Virus record (IMG/VR): IMGVR_UViG_3300025030_000068
Coordinates: 25,929 to 89,928 of that record
Strand: one strand, 5' to 3'
Origin: a virus
Length of the DNA: 64,000 nucleotides
Made by a program: the position numbers and the translations under genes. Of this stretch, positions 18,874 through 28,045 are shown piece by piece. The notes below the pieces were generated by a model. It worked only from the letters and a program-made list of their open reading frames with translations, was not told where the DNA came from and did no database searches. Numbering within the stretch: position 1 is the first letter of the stretch; each line of letters starts with the position of its first letter.

Positions 18874-18938
18874 CCTCTCGCCGTCCTCCGGGGCGGCTTT
18901 ACTCCGATGCCGGTAGCGACTGGCAGAAAGGCATTCCC

Positions 18939-20258
18939 ATGTCCGAAGAATTTGAAGCTGTTGATTACAACACTGCCGTAGCTGGTCTTATTGAGACGGG
19001 CGACACCGAAGACGTCCAGATGCTCCTTGGTCACAAGGATCGCTTGCGCTGTGGCGGGATTATCCGTACTGGCGTCAAGGTTCCGAAATCCTCTTGCACG
19101 GACGCCGAGAAGAAAAAGTTTCTTGAACTCGAAGCGCAGGGGATGGGGTACGAGGCCATTGATGCCGCCATCGGTGGTGTCAGCCGGTCCGCGAAGTCCA
19201 AACTTGTGCCGCGTAATGCGAATCACTTCGTCGTGCGGGCGAACGATTTTGGCCGTCCGTCTGATGCCGAGTACATCTTAAACAACTTCGCTGATCCTGA
19301 TTCCAAGGTGCGGTCACTGCCGATCTGGTTGAGTCAGGACGCGATTGAAAAGTGTGTCCAGAACGGTTTCTGTGCCTTCAATGGCGGGGGGCAGCTTGTC
19401 GCCGCTTCTTTCTATGAGGGGAAGGAACTCCGTGTCCGCTATCTCCCGAAAGACTTCAAGGGCGGTGCGGTGAAAAAAGAGGATTGGAAGATTGCCAAAC
19501 TTGACCCGGATAATCCTGTCGATCCTGCCGGTCGCAAGTTGGACTTTGGCGCGATTTTTCGCTTCAATGTTCCGGGCTTGAAGGGCTTTGACGAGGTTGT
19601 TTGCATCAGCCGGTCTTGGTTTGGGGCGTCATACAGCATCGCCTTGCTGCGTCGTGTTCGGTCGATCCTTGGCCGGTTCTCGGGTCTCCTTAACGGCCAG
19701 CCGTTCCTGCAGCTCTCCAAGGTTGCCGAGGAGATTCGGCACGACGGCAAGACCGTGACGCAATATATCCCGGTCATCGAACTCTCCATTGACCCGATGG
19801 AGCTGGCCCGCTACGCCGAGCCGCAGGCCGTCGTTGCCCGTGCCCGCAATGCCATGTCGGCGCTGGCTGGTCCCCGCCCGGCTCCGGTCGCCCAAGATCG
19901 CGAGTCGTATTCCGACAACCAAGACCGCGAGTCGTACTCGGCTGAACATGCGCCTGTTGCCGAGCCTGTTGTTCCTGTCGTTCCTCCTGTCGCAGAGGCT
20001 CCCTTCGGCAACGAAGATCCGGCGCTGGTCCGGGCCAACGAGTATCTGCACGGCGCCGCCAAGCAGTGCCGCGTGACGTGGCCGCAGTTCTCCGCGTGGG
20101 CGTGCATGGAAGTGACCGAGGGTGTCGCGCTGGAAGATTGCAGCCTTGAGGAGTTGCGGAAGGTCGCCGAGGTCGTCAAGGCTGGTCTTGCCAGTCCGGA
20201 GCGCGAGGCGTTCGGGGCGAAGGTGAAAGAAATCGCCCTGTCTTTCGGCGTCGAGTAG
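18939..20258 (+). CDS. putative recombination protein (Gp3-like family)
   Basis: GIIRTGVK N-terminal motif, Pro/Ala linker; lies between exonuclease and SbcCD. Confidence 0.5.
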   Translation: MSEEFEAVDYNTAVAGLIETGDTEDVQMLLGHKDRLRCGGIIRTGVKVPKSSCTDAEKKKFLELEAQGMGYEAIDAAIGGVSRSAKSKLVPRNANHFVVRANDFGRPSDAEYILNNFADPDSKVRSLPIWLSQDAIEKCVQNGFCAFNGGGQLVAASFYEGKELRVRYLPKDFKGGAVKKEDWKIAKLDPDNPVDPAGRKLDFGAIFRFNVPGLKGFDEVVCISRSWFGASYSIALLRRVRSILGRFSGLLNGQPFLQLSKVAEEIRHDGKTVTQYIPVIELSIDPMELARYAEPQAVVARARNAMSALAGPRPAPVAQDRESYSDNQDRESYSAEHAPVAEPVVPVVPPVAEAPFGNEDPALVRANEYLHGAAKQCRVTWPQFSAWACMEVTEGVALEDCSLEELRKVAEVVKAGLASPEREAFGAKVKEIALSFGVE

Positions 20259-20304
20259 TCAATCACGGCGGGGGCTCCGGTCCCCGCCTTTCCCGGAGGA
20301 TATT

Positions 20305-21654
20305 ATGTCAATACGCTTGCTCCATACCGCCGATCTGCACTTCCAGAACAATCCCGAAATACTTGCCGAGGTCTGCCGCGTGGCCGACTACGTTGTTGAG
20401 GTCGCCATCCGGGAGCAGCCGGACGCGATCGTTCTTGCCGGCGACACGTTAGACAATTACAACTCGCATATCCGCATCGACTCTGATGCTGCCCGTGCCG
20501 CGATCCGCTTTGTCACCGCTTTGGCCGATGTGGCGCCGGTCGTCGTCGTCAGAGGTACCCGTTCTCACGATCGGGATTCGACATATCTCTTCCGGCACCT
20601 GCGGACGCGGCATCCGGTTCACGTTTCGTCGGAGCCGGAGATGGTCGGTCTCTACCGTTCGTTCGACGGCGCCGCCAAGTTCTCGTTTGAGTTCGAGACC
20701 GCTCCGGACGGCTACCAGCTGCAGGCGGCGTTCACTCTTGTCCCCTCCCTCGACAAGTCGTTTCTGGAGGCCGAATCGATCCGGCAGGGCAACCGCGACT
20801 TCCGCGAGCTGTCCCATGACCTCTGCGCTGGCTTCGGTGTCGTCAATGCCGCCATCACGGTGCCGCGTGTCTTTGTCGGGCACGGCATGGTGACCGGCAG
20901 CGTCTTCTCTTCGGGGCAGATGGCGATCGGCGAGGACTTGGAAATGTCTCTGGATGCGCTGCGGGCGGTTGGCTGCGATTATGTTGCTCTCGGCCATGTC
21001 CATAAGTTCCAGCAGTTCGGCAGCGTCGTTTACTCCGGTTCTCCCGGTCGGCTTAACTTCGGCGAACCGGAGGAGAAGGGCGTTTGCATGGTCGATGTTG
21101 CCTATGCTGAGTTCCCGGTCGTCACCTTCGTTCCGACTCCGGCCCGAAGTTTCGTTTTCATCGGCTGCGAGTTTGACGACCTGCATTTCGAGATTGATAC
21201 GCGCGACCTGTCTGGCGCCCATGTCCGAATCCGCTTCTCTTTGTCCGAGGAGCGCCGGCACGAGGTCGACCGGACAGCGATAGAGGGCCGGGTGATGGCC
21301 AAGGGCGCGGCGCTGATTAAGGTTGACTATCAAGTCATTCCGACGCAGCGGCAGCGGGCCGCCGGGATATCGCAGGCGACGTCGCTGGCAGCCAAGGTGC
21401 AGCGCTGGGCGGAGGTGACCGATGTAATCTTGCCGGCACGGGTGCTGGAGGTCGCCGGACGCATCGAGGGGCAGGAAGTGGATGAGTTGCTGCGGGAGGC
21501 TAATCAAATCCCCGATGCTGTAGTTGACCGGGTAGAGGCGACTCTGAATGGTAACTTGAGCGCTTATCCGACCCGCAAGGAAATTACCGGATACAGCACT
21601 CGTTCGGAAGAGCGGCTTGCAGATGGAGGGGTGGCCAATGGACAAAAAGCCTAA
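20305..21654 (+). CDS. sbcD: Mre11/SbcD-like nuclease
   Basis: DLH, GD..D, GTRSHD, GHVH and YSGS metallophosphoesterase motifs. Confidence 0.9.
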   Translation: MSIRLLHTADLHFQNNPEILAEVCRVADYVVEVAIREQPDAIVLAGDTLDNYNSHIRIDSDAARAAIRFVTALADVAPVVVVRGTRSHDRDSTYLFRHLRTRHPVHVSSEPEMVGLYRSFDGAAKFSFEFETAPDGYQLQAAFTLVPSLDKSFLEAESIRQGNRDFRELSHDLCAGFGVVNAAITVPRVFVGHGMVTGSVFSSGQMAIGEDLEMSLDALRAVGCDYVALGHVHKFQQFGSVVYSGSPGRLNFGEPEEKGVCMVDVAYAEFPVVTFVPTPARSFVFIGCEFDDLHFEIDTRDLSGAHVRIRFSLSEERRHEVDRTAIEGRVMAKGAALIKVDYQVIPTQRQRAAGISQATSLAAKVQRWAEVTDVILPARVLEVAGRIEGQEVDELLREANQIPDAVVDRVEATLNGNLSAYPTRKEITGYSTRSEERLADGGVANGQKA

Positions 21655-22024
21655 AATGGACGCCTGCAAATTCAGAAAAGAACTCATAAAAGTTATGCCC
21701 GGATACACTTGGACCGTTCACAAATCGAGTGCTCCGGAAATTTACTTGACGGCCACCGGGGTGCAGTCCAGCGGATTCAATAGGCTCTCAACGGTGTCCG
21801 TAACGTGGCGGGCTCATCCCACCACTATTCCGTGGTATGAGGTGAAAAGTTCCGGCTTCGGGTTGAAGTCACCTTGGCTGGCTGAAAAGGGTGGGAAGAC
21901 TCTGGCACAGGCGTTTCGCGCCCTGCAAAACCACTACGAGCACATGGCGCAGACGTATGCCTGTCAAGCCAGAAATTTGCAAGCGGCGAGGACGGTGGCG
22001 GAGGTGGACAATGGCCCATTTTGA
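21638..22024 (+). CDS. hypothetical protein
   Basis: GGAGG RBS; AT-richer than flanks; lies between sbcD and sbcC. Confidence 0.6.
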   Translation: MDKKPKMDACKFRKELIKVMPGYTWTVHKSSAPEIYLTATGVQSSGFNRLSTVSVTWRAHPTTIPWYEVKSSGFGLKSPWLAEKGGKTLAQAFRALQNHYEHMAQTYACQARNLQAARTVAEVDNGPF

Positions 22025-22253
22025 AGCGTGTTGGCTCGGCCCTTTGCCGGATAGTGAAACCACCGAAGCGTATTCCCGTGACCGTGGCGAACCTCTAGCT
22101 GACAATGCTCCGGAGTCGTACCACAGTCTGTTCTATCTGCGGAATGCTGCCCGCAAGGCCGACGCCGAGTTCCTTTATGTCTTCGCTGATGGCGTCTGGT
22201 CCTATCTTGATCCCCGCCGGGACGATCTCACTTTACTGGAGGTAACGAAATGA
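22011..22253 (+). CDS. hypothetical protein
   Basis: AYSRDRGE...EFLYVF.DGVW motif. Confidence 0.55.
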   Translation: MAHFEACWLGPLPDSETTEAYSRDRGEPLADNAPESYHSLFYLRNAARKADAEFLYVFADGVWSYLDPRRDDLTLLEVTK

Positions 22254-24652
22254 TTTTGCATTCACTCATCCTGAAAAACTTCAAGGGGCTTCTGGCTGGC
22301 GTCGGCTTGGCAGAGGTCACCATCGACTTCGACAAACTGCCAAACGGTCTTGTTGCCGTCGTCGGCAGCAACGGCATGGGCAAGACGACCCTGCTCGACA
22401 ACTTCCATCCCTTCCGGCTGATGCCCTACAAGCTCCGCAAGGCTGCCGGCTGGTCCCCGGCGGCGTTCTCTTACTACGACGAGTGCGTCGGCGAGGCCAA
22501 GAAGGAGCTGATCTTCTCGATCGGCGATGTCCGCTACAAGTCGGTTCTGCTGATCGATGCCGATCGCCGCAAGCAGGAGGCGACGTTGTATTGGTGGACT
22601 CCTGCCGCCGACTTTGTTGATGGCGGACCTGCATGGACTCCTCTTAACGACGGCAAGACCCGGACCTATGACGAGGCCGTCGAGAAGATCTGCGGCTCCC
22701 CTTCCCTCTTCTTCACCAGCGTCTTCCGGGCGCAGGGTGCCCGCAACCTCTCCGACTACACGCGCGGAGATATCATGTCTGTTGTCGCCGAGCTGCTCAA
22801 CATCGACCATATCAAGGAGCAGGGGGAGAAGGCCCGCAAGGTCGCCGCTGCTCTTGGTCTACAGGTCGATACCCTGCTCCGTGACAAGTCGGCGCTGTCC
22901 TGCGACGATCTTCCCCGACTGCAGGACGAGCTGCGGCAGGTCGTGGCTGAGGCCAGTGCATCCTCTGGCCACATCGTCGCCTACCGGGGCGATCTGGCCA
23001 CCATCGAAGCCAACCGCCGCGAGCTGGAGATTGCCAGCGCCGCCGAGGCTTCAACCCGGCAGCGCATTGCCGACAAGCAAAGCGTCCTGATGAAGTTGCG
23101 CGGCGAGCTGACTGCCGGGCACCTGCTGGCGCAGCGGGATACTCTTTCCTCCGATCTGAACGAGGTCAAGACCTCCCGTCCGCCGCTGTTGATCCGGCAC
23201 TCGACAGACCTCGACCGCCTGACGACAAAGTGCGCCGAGACCAAGAAGATTCTCGGCAATGAGGCCGCGATCCGTAATGGCTCTGCGGCGCTCCCGACGC
23301 GGCAGGCGGCGCTCGACGAAGCCCGTGTTTCGGTGCAGGCTGTCCGCGACCGTTATGCGGCCATTCGCGAGCAAGTGGCGGCACTATCGTCGCTGCCGGG
23401 AGAAATTGCCACAGCCGAGCGGCAGCTTGCCTCCCTCCAGCTCCGTGCTGCGGCCCTGGCGGGTCTGGACTGTACCGGCAGCGGTTCCGGGTGGATCAAC
23501 CAGTCCTGCCCGCTCCTGCGCGATGCGGTGGCGGCACAGGCCGAAATTGCACCGACGCAGGCGGCGATTGCCGGTTGCAAGGAGCGGTTGGTGGTGAAGG
23601 CCGATCTGGACGTGAAGCTGCTGGCATTGAAGACGACCGGGGAGAAGTTGGCTGCGGATGTGACGGCCTGCGAGGAGGCGCTGAAGTCCTGCCAGTATTA
23701 CGCCAACCTCTTGCCGCAGCTGGAGGGTGCCATCGTTCAATGCGCCGGCATCGAGGAGGAGATTGCCCGCCTCAAATCTGATCACGTGGCGGCGCTGGCA
23801 GATATTGACAGCCGGGTACTCGACCTGAACGATCGGCTCGGTCATCTCGAAACCGGGATCAACACGTTCCGGGGCGCGAAGGCACAGGAGGTCGCCGTTG
23901 TTGAAGAGGAGATTCGACAGCTGCGGGCTTCGGTCGGCGATGGTCTGGCCATCGAACTGTCCGGGCTGGACCAGAAGGCCGCCGAGGTGCGTTCGGTCAT
24001 TGAGCGGGCCGAGGCGGATCTTCGCCGGAAGCAGGAGGAGTCCGGGCGGGTGCAGGCTCGCATCGAGACGGCAGAGGCATCTGCTGCCAAGGTCGCCGAG
24101 ATCGACGGCAAGGTTGCGGCTCTGAATGAGGAGATCGCTAACTGGAACCTGCTGGTGAAAGCCTGTGGCAACAGCGGAATCGTGGCACTGGAAATCGACG
24201 AGTCGTCCTGCAACATCTCCTCACTCGCCAATGACTTGCTCCGCAACTGCTACGGGCCGCGTTTCTCGATTCGCTTTGAAACGCAGTCGGAGAAGCTGAA
24301 CGGCGAGTCCAAGGAGGATTTCGATATCACCGTCTTCGACTCGGAGACCGGAGAGCAGAAGTCGATCACCGATCTTTCAGGAGGTCAGACGACATGGGTG
24401 AATGACGCACTGACTCGTGCCATCTGCCTTTACAACATCCAGGCGTCCGGGCGGCCTTTTGGGACGTTGTTCAGTGATGAGCTTGACGGAGCACTGGATG
24501 CTGGCAAGAAAATTGAGTTCATGGCGGTGAAACGGCAGTCATTGGCGGTCGGTAGCCATACGCGGGAAATGTTTATTACTCAGGCTGCCGATCTGGTCGA
24601 TATGGCTGACGGCGTGATCCGGCTGCTGCCGGGGGAAGTGAGGGTGTCATGA
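22250..24652 (+). CDS. sbcC: Rad50/SbcC-like SMC ATPase
   Basis: GSNGMGKTT Walker A, Q-loop, coiled coils, LSGGQ signature, DELDGALD Walker B/D-loop. Confidence 0.9.
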   Translation: MILHSLILKNFKGLLAGVGLAEVTIDFDKLPNGLVAVVGSNGMGKTTLLDNFHPFRLMPYKLRKAAGWSPAAFSYYDECVGEAKKELIFSIGDVRYKSVLLIDADRRKQEATLYWWTPAADFVDGGPAWTPLNDGKTRTYDEAVEKICGSPSLFFTSVFRAQGARNLSDYTRGDIMSVVAELLNIDHIKEQGEKARKVAAALGLQVDTLLRDKSALSCDDLPRLQDELRQVVAEASASSGHIVAYRGDLATIEANRRELEIASAAEASTRQRIADKQSVLMKLRGELTAGHLLAQRDTLSSDLNEVKTSRPPLLIRHSTDLDRLTTKCAETKKILGNEAAIRNGSAALPTRQAALDEARVSVQAVRDRYAAIREQVAALSSLPGEIATAERQLASLQLRAAALAGLDCTGSGSGWINQSCPLLRDAVAAQAEIAPTQAAIAGCKERLVVKADLDVKLLALKTTGEKLAADVTACEEALKSCQYYANLLPQLEGAIVQCAGIEEEIARLKSDHVAALADIDSRVLDLNDRLGHLETGINTFRGAKAQEVAVVEEEIRQLRASVGDGLAIELSGLDQKAAEVRSVIERAEADLRRKQEESGRVQARIETAEASAAKVAEIDGKVAALNEEIANWNLLVKACGNSGIVALEIDESSCNISSLANDLLRNCYGPRFSIRFETQSEKLNGESKEDFDITVFDSETGEQKSITDLSGGQTTWVNDALTRAICLYNIQASGRPFGTLFSDELDGALDAGKKIEFMAVKRQSLAVGSHTREMFITQAADLVDMADGVIRLLPGEVRVS

Positions 24653-24800
24653 GGAGTCTGGAATTCTGCGTTCGCCAGTGCTCTCCGGTGCGGCACGGTA
24701 AGATTGACTTGGTGGAGGTGAACTGGCTGGCGTCGCTGGCCGGGACGTCGTGGCAGGAGGCGTTGCAGTCCGTCAGGCGGCGTTTCGGGAGGTAAAATGG

Positions 24801-24836
24801 AAAGGGGCGACCTTCGCAGGTCGTCCCTTTTTTTTA
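24801..24836. terminator. terminator between the convergent early and late operons
   Basis: AAAGGGGCGACCT-TCGC-AGGTCGTCCCTTTTTTTT. Confidence 0.8.
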
Positions 24837-25010
24837 TGGCGTTCGTCCGTCGCGGCAGAAGGCACAGCGACCGGCAATCAGTCGCGGCCTCGGCTCTCCG
24901 CAGTCGTTGCATTCTCCGGCAACTCCCGGTGGGATCGTGTAGCGGATGCTGTGGATCACAGCATCGTCCTTCAGCATCCGGAGGGCGACTATGTCTGCGT
25001 CATCGGCCAT
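24834..25010 (-). CDS. TraR/DksA-like C4 zinc-finger protein (58 aa, not in the ORF track)
   Basis: Manual translation MADDADIV...GECNDCGE...GRCAFCRD. Confidence 0.65.
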   Translation of the reverse strand: MADDADIVALRMLKDDAVIHSIRYTIPPGVAGECNDCGEPRPRLIAGRCAFCRDGRTP

Positions 25011-25086
25011 CTTCTTTCGTTATCTCCTTTGGTTGTCCTGTGCTCGCACTCGTTATCCGGTGCGCGGCTGTTCGGGCAGGTAGGCA

Positions 25087-25215
25087 TCACATCCCGCCTG
25101 AGCCTAAAAGACTACCGCCCTCAATGGTGATGACTGCCCCACTTCCCTGTGGTTGCTGCGGCACAGTCGTACAGGCACAAAGCGACAACAATAAGAGACC
25201 AATTAGCCAGCGCAT
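25087..25215 (-). CDS. small lipoprotein (42 aa, not in the ORF track)
   Basis: MRWLIGLLLLSLCAC lipobox; GGAG RBS. Confidence 0.55.
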   Translation of the reverse strand: MRWLIGLLLLSLCACTTVPQQPQGSGAVITIEGGSLLGSGGM

Positions 25216-25217
25216 GT

Positions 25218-25784
25218 TTAGTTGTCTCCGAGCGTAACGGAGTCAAAGGCAATGACCGCACCTTCAGCTGCGAACGCTTCCGTCGGGGAAATGATCTTAT
25301 GCATCAAACGAGCAATGCGGATAAAGCTGGTCGCTGCCCCTGCTGCCGGGAAGTCATAGGTCAGCGTGACAGCGGCAGGAGATACAGCTGCATGCTGCTG
25401 GACAAAGAGAATTTTATCGCCCTTGCTGGTGTTATAGACAACGCTGCACTCGCCGCCGGTAAAAGTAATCGTAGTGTTCACATCGTCGGGAAAGTCGAGT
25501 GTCCCGGTGGCGGTGTAGAGGGCGGCAGTCGGGGCAGCGAGGGTAAAGCCACCGGTCGTGTAACCGGCGCCTGAGACTTCGGTCGCTCCGGCGCTCCAGA
25601 CGGTCGAGGCGGTGCCGAATGTCGCGGTCGAGGTGTGTGTGGCGACCTTGTAGATGTCGGTTGGCAGGTGAACCCCGGCCAGCAGATCAGCCTTGGCCTG
25701 GTAGGGGATGCCCGTAGTACAGGCGGCGAACGCGCTCCCGGCGAGAAGGAGCAGGGCGAGGGTAAAACCGATAGTTTTTTTCAT
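25218..25784 (-). CDS. phage fibre-associated beta protein with Sec signal peptide
   Basis: MKKTIGFTLALLLLAGSAFA signal, then EVSGAGYTTGG...DF.D...YN...FIRIA motifs of a widespread phage family. Confidence 0.7.
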   Translation of the reverse strand: MKKTIGFTLALLLLAGSAFAACTTGIPYQAKADLLAGVHLPTDIYKVATHTSTATFGTASTVWSAGATEVSGAGYTTGGFTLAAPTAALYTATGTLDFPDDVNTTITFTGGECSVVYNTSKGDKILFVQQHAAVSPAAVTLTYDFPAAGAATSFIRIARLMHKIISPTEAFAAEGAVIAFDSVTLGDN

Positions 25785-25798
25785 GGTAAGTCTCCTTG

Positions 25799-28045
25799 TT
25801 ATTGGCCCCGTGGGGCGCGGATGATGATGTTGCCGTTGCGGTCGTTATGGGTGATAGGGTTGCCGAGGCGGTCAAGAGTGTTGGTAGCTATAAAATAATC
25901 AACAATGTTGTACGAAGCACCTGCAATGGATATTGTCGCCGCTACATCCTCCTCCCCCCATCCAGCGGGGAGAGACAACGGATTAGCTGTAATCATCCCA
26001 TCCAGCCTAACAGTGACCCCCATTAACCCCTCCAATACCCAGCGGATAAACTCGGCATCAGCACTCCATGTATAGGAACCATAGGTGGTTGTTTCGGGGT
26101 AGAACGAAATGCGGCCAGTTTCGGGCACATCAAACGGACAGACCCATGAGGCGTAGGAGCGGGCGGGGCTCCTCAGTCGTGCTTCTGTTTTTGCCCAGAT
26201 AAAGAATAACTCCGGCCACCCCTGTTCATAGTAGCCATTCCCAAACGCATCTGGAAGTGCTTGAATAGCGTTATAAGGCCCAGTGCGATAGCCATAAGTA
26301 TGGTCAAGAATGCTTATATCAGAGGACACTCCAGACTGAATCGCCCACGCCAATCCGTCGGGCTGCAAATCATCAATCGTAGAATTAACAAACGCACCAT
26401 TAACCCAAAAACGCCGATACAAATTATTCGTGGCGTCGAACCATTCTGAACTCTGCAAAATGGCTTTCACAGCATCGGCTCGACTGGTATAGGTGGCGGC
26501 CAGAGTCGGATTACCCTCGTGTGTCAGGATTTCCGCCATCCTTCGGCACGCCATGATGTAGCAGCACGATCCCTGAAACGCCTTCGAGTTTGGGGGCGTT
26601 GCTCCTGTCAACCACTCGCCTCCATAAACGTCATCCCAGTCATGGGTGCGAATCAAGCCACCATTACGGTTAGCATGGAGAAAATCGAGGGCGGCTAATG
26701 CGTGGTTGAGAATCGTTCTTGTTCCAGTGGTCTCTGCCAAAAAATCAAAATCTTGTGAATAGCAGAGGTAATTGTAGAGACACATCACAAACATCATCTC
26801 GTTGTAGGCGGATGAATAGTCGTGATAGCCAGAGGGGATCGAGTAAGAAACCTCGACCGCCATCTGCCCACTGGCGGATTGAATCTCCGATAGAGCGGCG
26901 ATCTCTGACTTAACTGGGGCATAATCCCCCAACATTAACAGCACATTTTGCATGGGATAGGACTGGTGGATTCTGTTGTGGATATATTCCCAGAAGCGAG
27001 CTCCCGAAACCGGATGATTGTGGATCTGTGGCCCCCCATGCCAAAAGGCCTTTTTCGTTGGGTCAAACCATTGGTGCGTCAGTGCCCCGTAGATATTGGC
27101 AATAGCGTAGCGCATGTAATCGTTGATTTTTTGGTTTGGAGTCTGTAGTGCCAGATTGTCAAACCAGCCGTCGATAGTGGCAATCTCCTCGGCATACCAT
27201 TGATCCAGCCCGTAGGTTTCCAACTCCTGCATTCCTGTAGTCAGTAAGGTTGCAGAATTAGTCACGTTTGCATAGACCACTCCGAAGAGCATGTAAGCGG
27301 TTGCCGTCTGGCCAGCGGGGATCGTTAAAGATACTTTGCCCGCAAAACAGGGGGCCGCGCCCGTATAAGATGAGGTATTAGACAAAGCCCCAGCTAAGGC
27401 GGAAGGGTTAGCATCGCCCCCTGCCCCAAAGAAGGTTGCCGCGTTAGTTTCCCACTCCGTCATGCCGGGGATGTAACACGTTTGGCGATGATCCATCGGA
27501 ACATCGAACGGTTCATCCTCAATGATAATTTCGTTGACGATGGTGCGGAGCGATGTCAAGAAATCCGTGCTTTTTGTCGCACTGGTTCCGAATAGTTCCA
27601 GGATCGGATAAAGGTTGATCTCCCGCTGAACCGTATCGTTATTTGTAATCGCCAGCCGTGAAACGACTATCGGTTTTTCCCGGTGGCAAATATCATTCTG
27701 TTCAAAATCCAGAGCACCGACCGTGAAACGGATTGCGGTTCTTTTCGGCTGATAAACACAGCGCCAGTTGGTCATAACTGCTGAATGTAGTGCGTGGTTG
27801 GTTGAGTAGGGATCGTTAGTGCCTTCCTTAATGTACCAACTTCGCCCCTGCAAAAACTCCCATGACACCCCCGCATCACTATTCGCCCCATCTGTCGATA
27901 GTTGGGAGACATCACCATGCGCGACCAGCCCCGCCGAACCGTTAGAATGCGGGTGATACATAAAATAGGGATTACCAAGGGGAAAGTCCGGCCACGCAGC
28001 CGAGTCCTCCCAAACTAATCCATGTTCAGCGGCGTCAAAAATCAT
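25799..28045 (-). CDS. GH94-like glycoside phosphorylase/hydrolase
   Basis: Beta-sandwich N-terminus, L.LQTPN...NDY linker, DFDFL, HDWDD (cf. GH94 DWND), WVLEGLMGV...P.LPAGW. Confidence 0.7.
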   Translation of the reverse strand: MIFDAAEHGLVWEDSAAWPDFPLGNPYFMYHPHSNGSAGLVAHGDVSQLSTDGANSDAGVSWEFLQGRSWYIKEGTNDPYSTNHALHSAVMTNWRCVYQPKRTAIRFTVGALDFEQNDICHREKPIVVSRLAITNNDTVQREINLYPILELFGTSATKSTDFLTSLRTIVNEIIIEDEPFDVPMDHRQTCYIPGMTEWETNAATFFGAGGDANPSALAGALSNTSSYTGAAPCFAGKVSLTIPAGQTATAYMLFGVVYANVTNSATLLTTGMQELETYGLDQWYAEEIATIDGWFDNLALQTPNQKINDYMRYAIANIYGALTHQWFDPTKKAFWHGGPQIHNHPVSGARFWEYIHNRIHQSYPMQNVLLMLGDYAPVKSEIAALSEIQSASGQMAVEVSYSIPSGYHDYSSAYNEMMFVMCLYNYLCYSQDFDFLAETTGTRTILNHALAALDFLHANRNGGLIRTHDWDDVYGGEWLTGATPPNSKAFQGSCCYIMACRRMAEILTHEGNPTLAATYTSRADAVKAILQSSEWFDATNNLYRRFWVNGAFVNSTIDDLQPDGLAWAIQSGVSSDISILDHTYGYRTGPYNAIQALPDAFGNGYYEQGWPELFFIWAKTEARLRSPARSYASWVCPFDVPETGRISFYPETTTYGSYTWSADAEFIRWVLEGLMGVTVRLDGMITANPLSLPAGWGEEDVAATISIAGASYNIVDYFIATNTLDRLGNPITHNDRNGNIIIRAPRGQ

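Noticed and set aside
21540-22024. AT-richer gene between sbcD and sbcC as another attC cassette
   Set aside because: No AAC/GTT core sites or hairpin at its boundaries.
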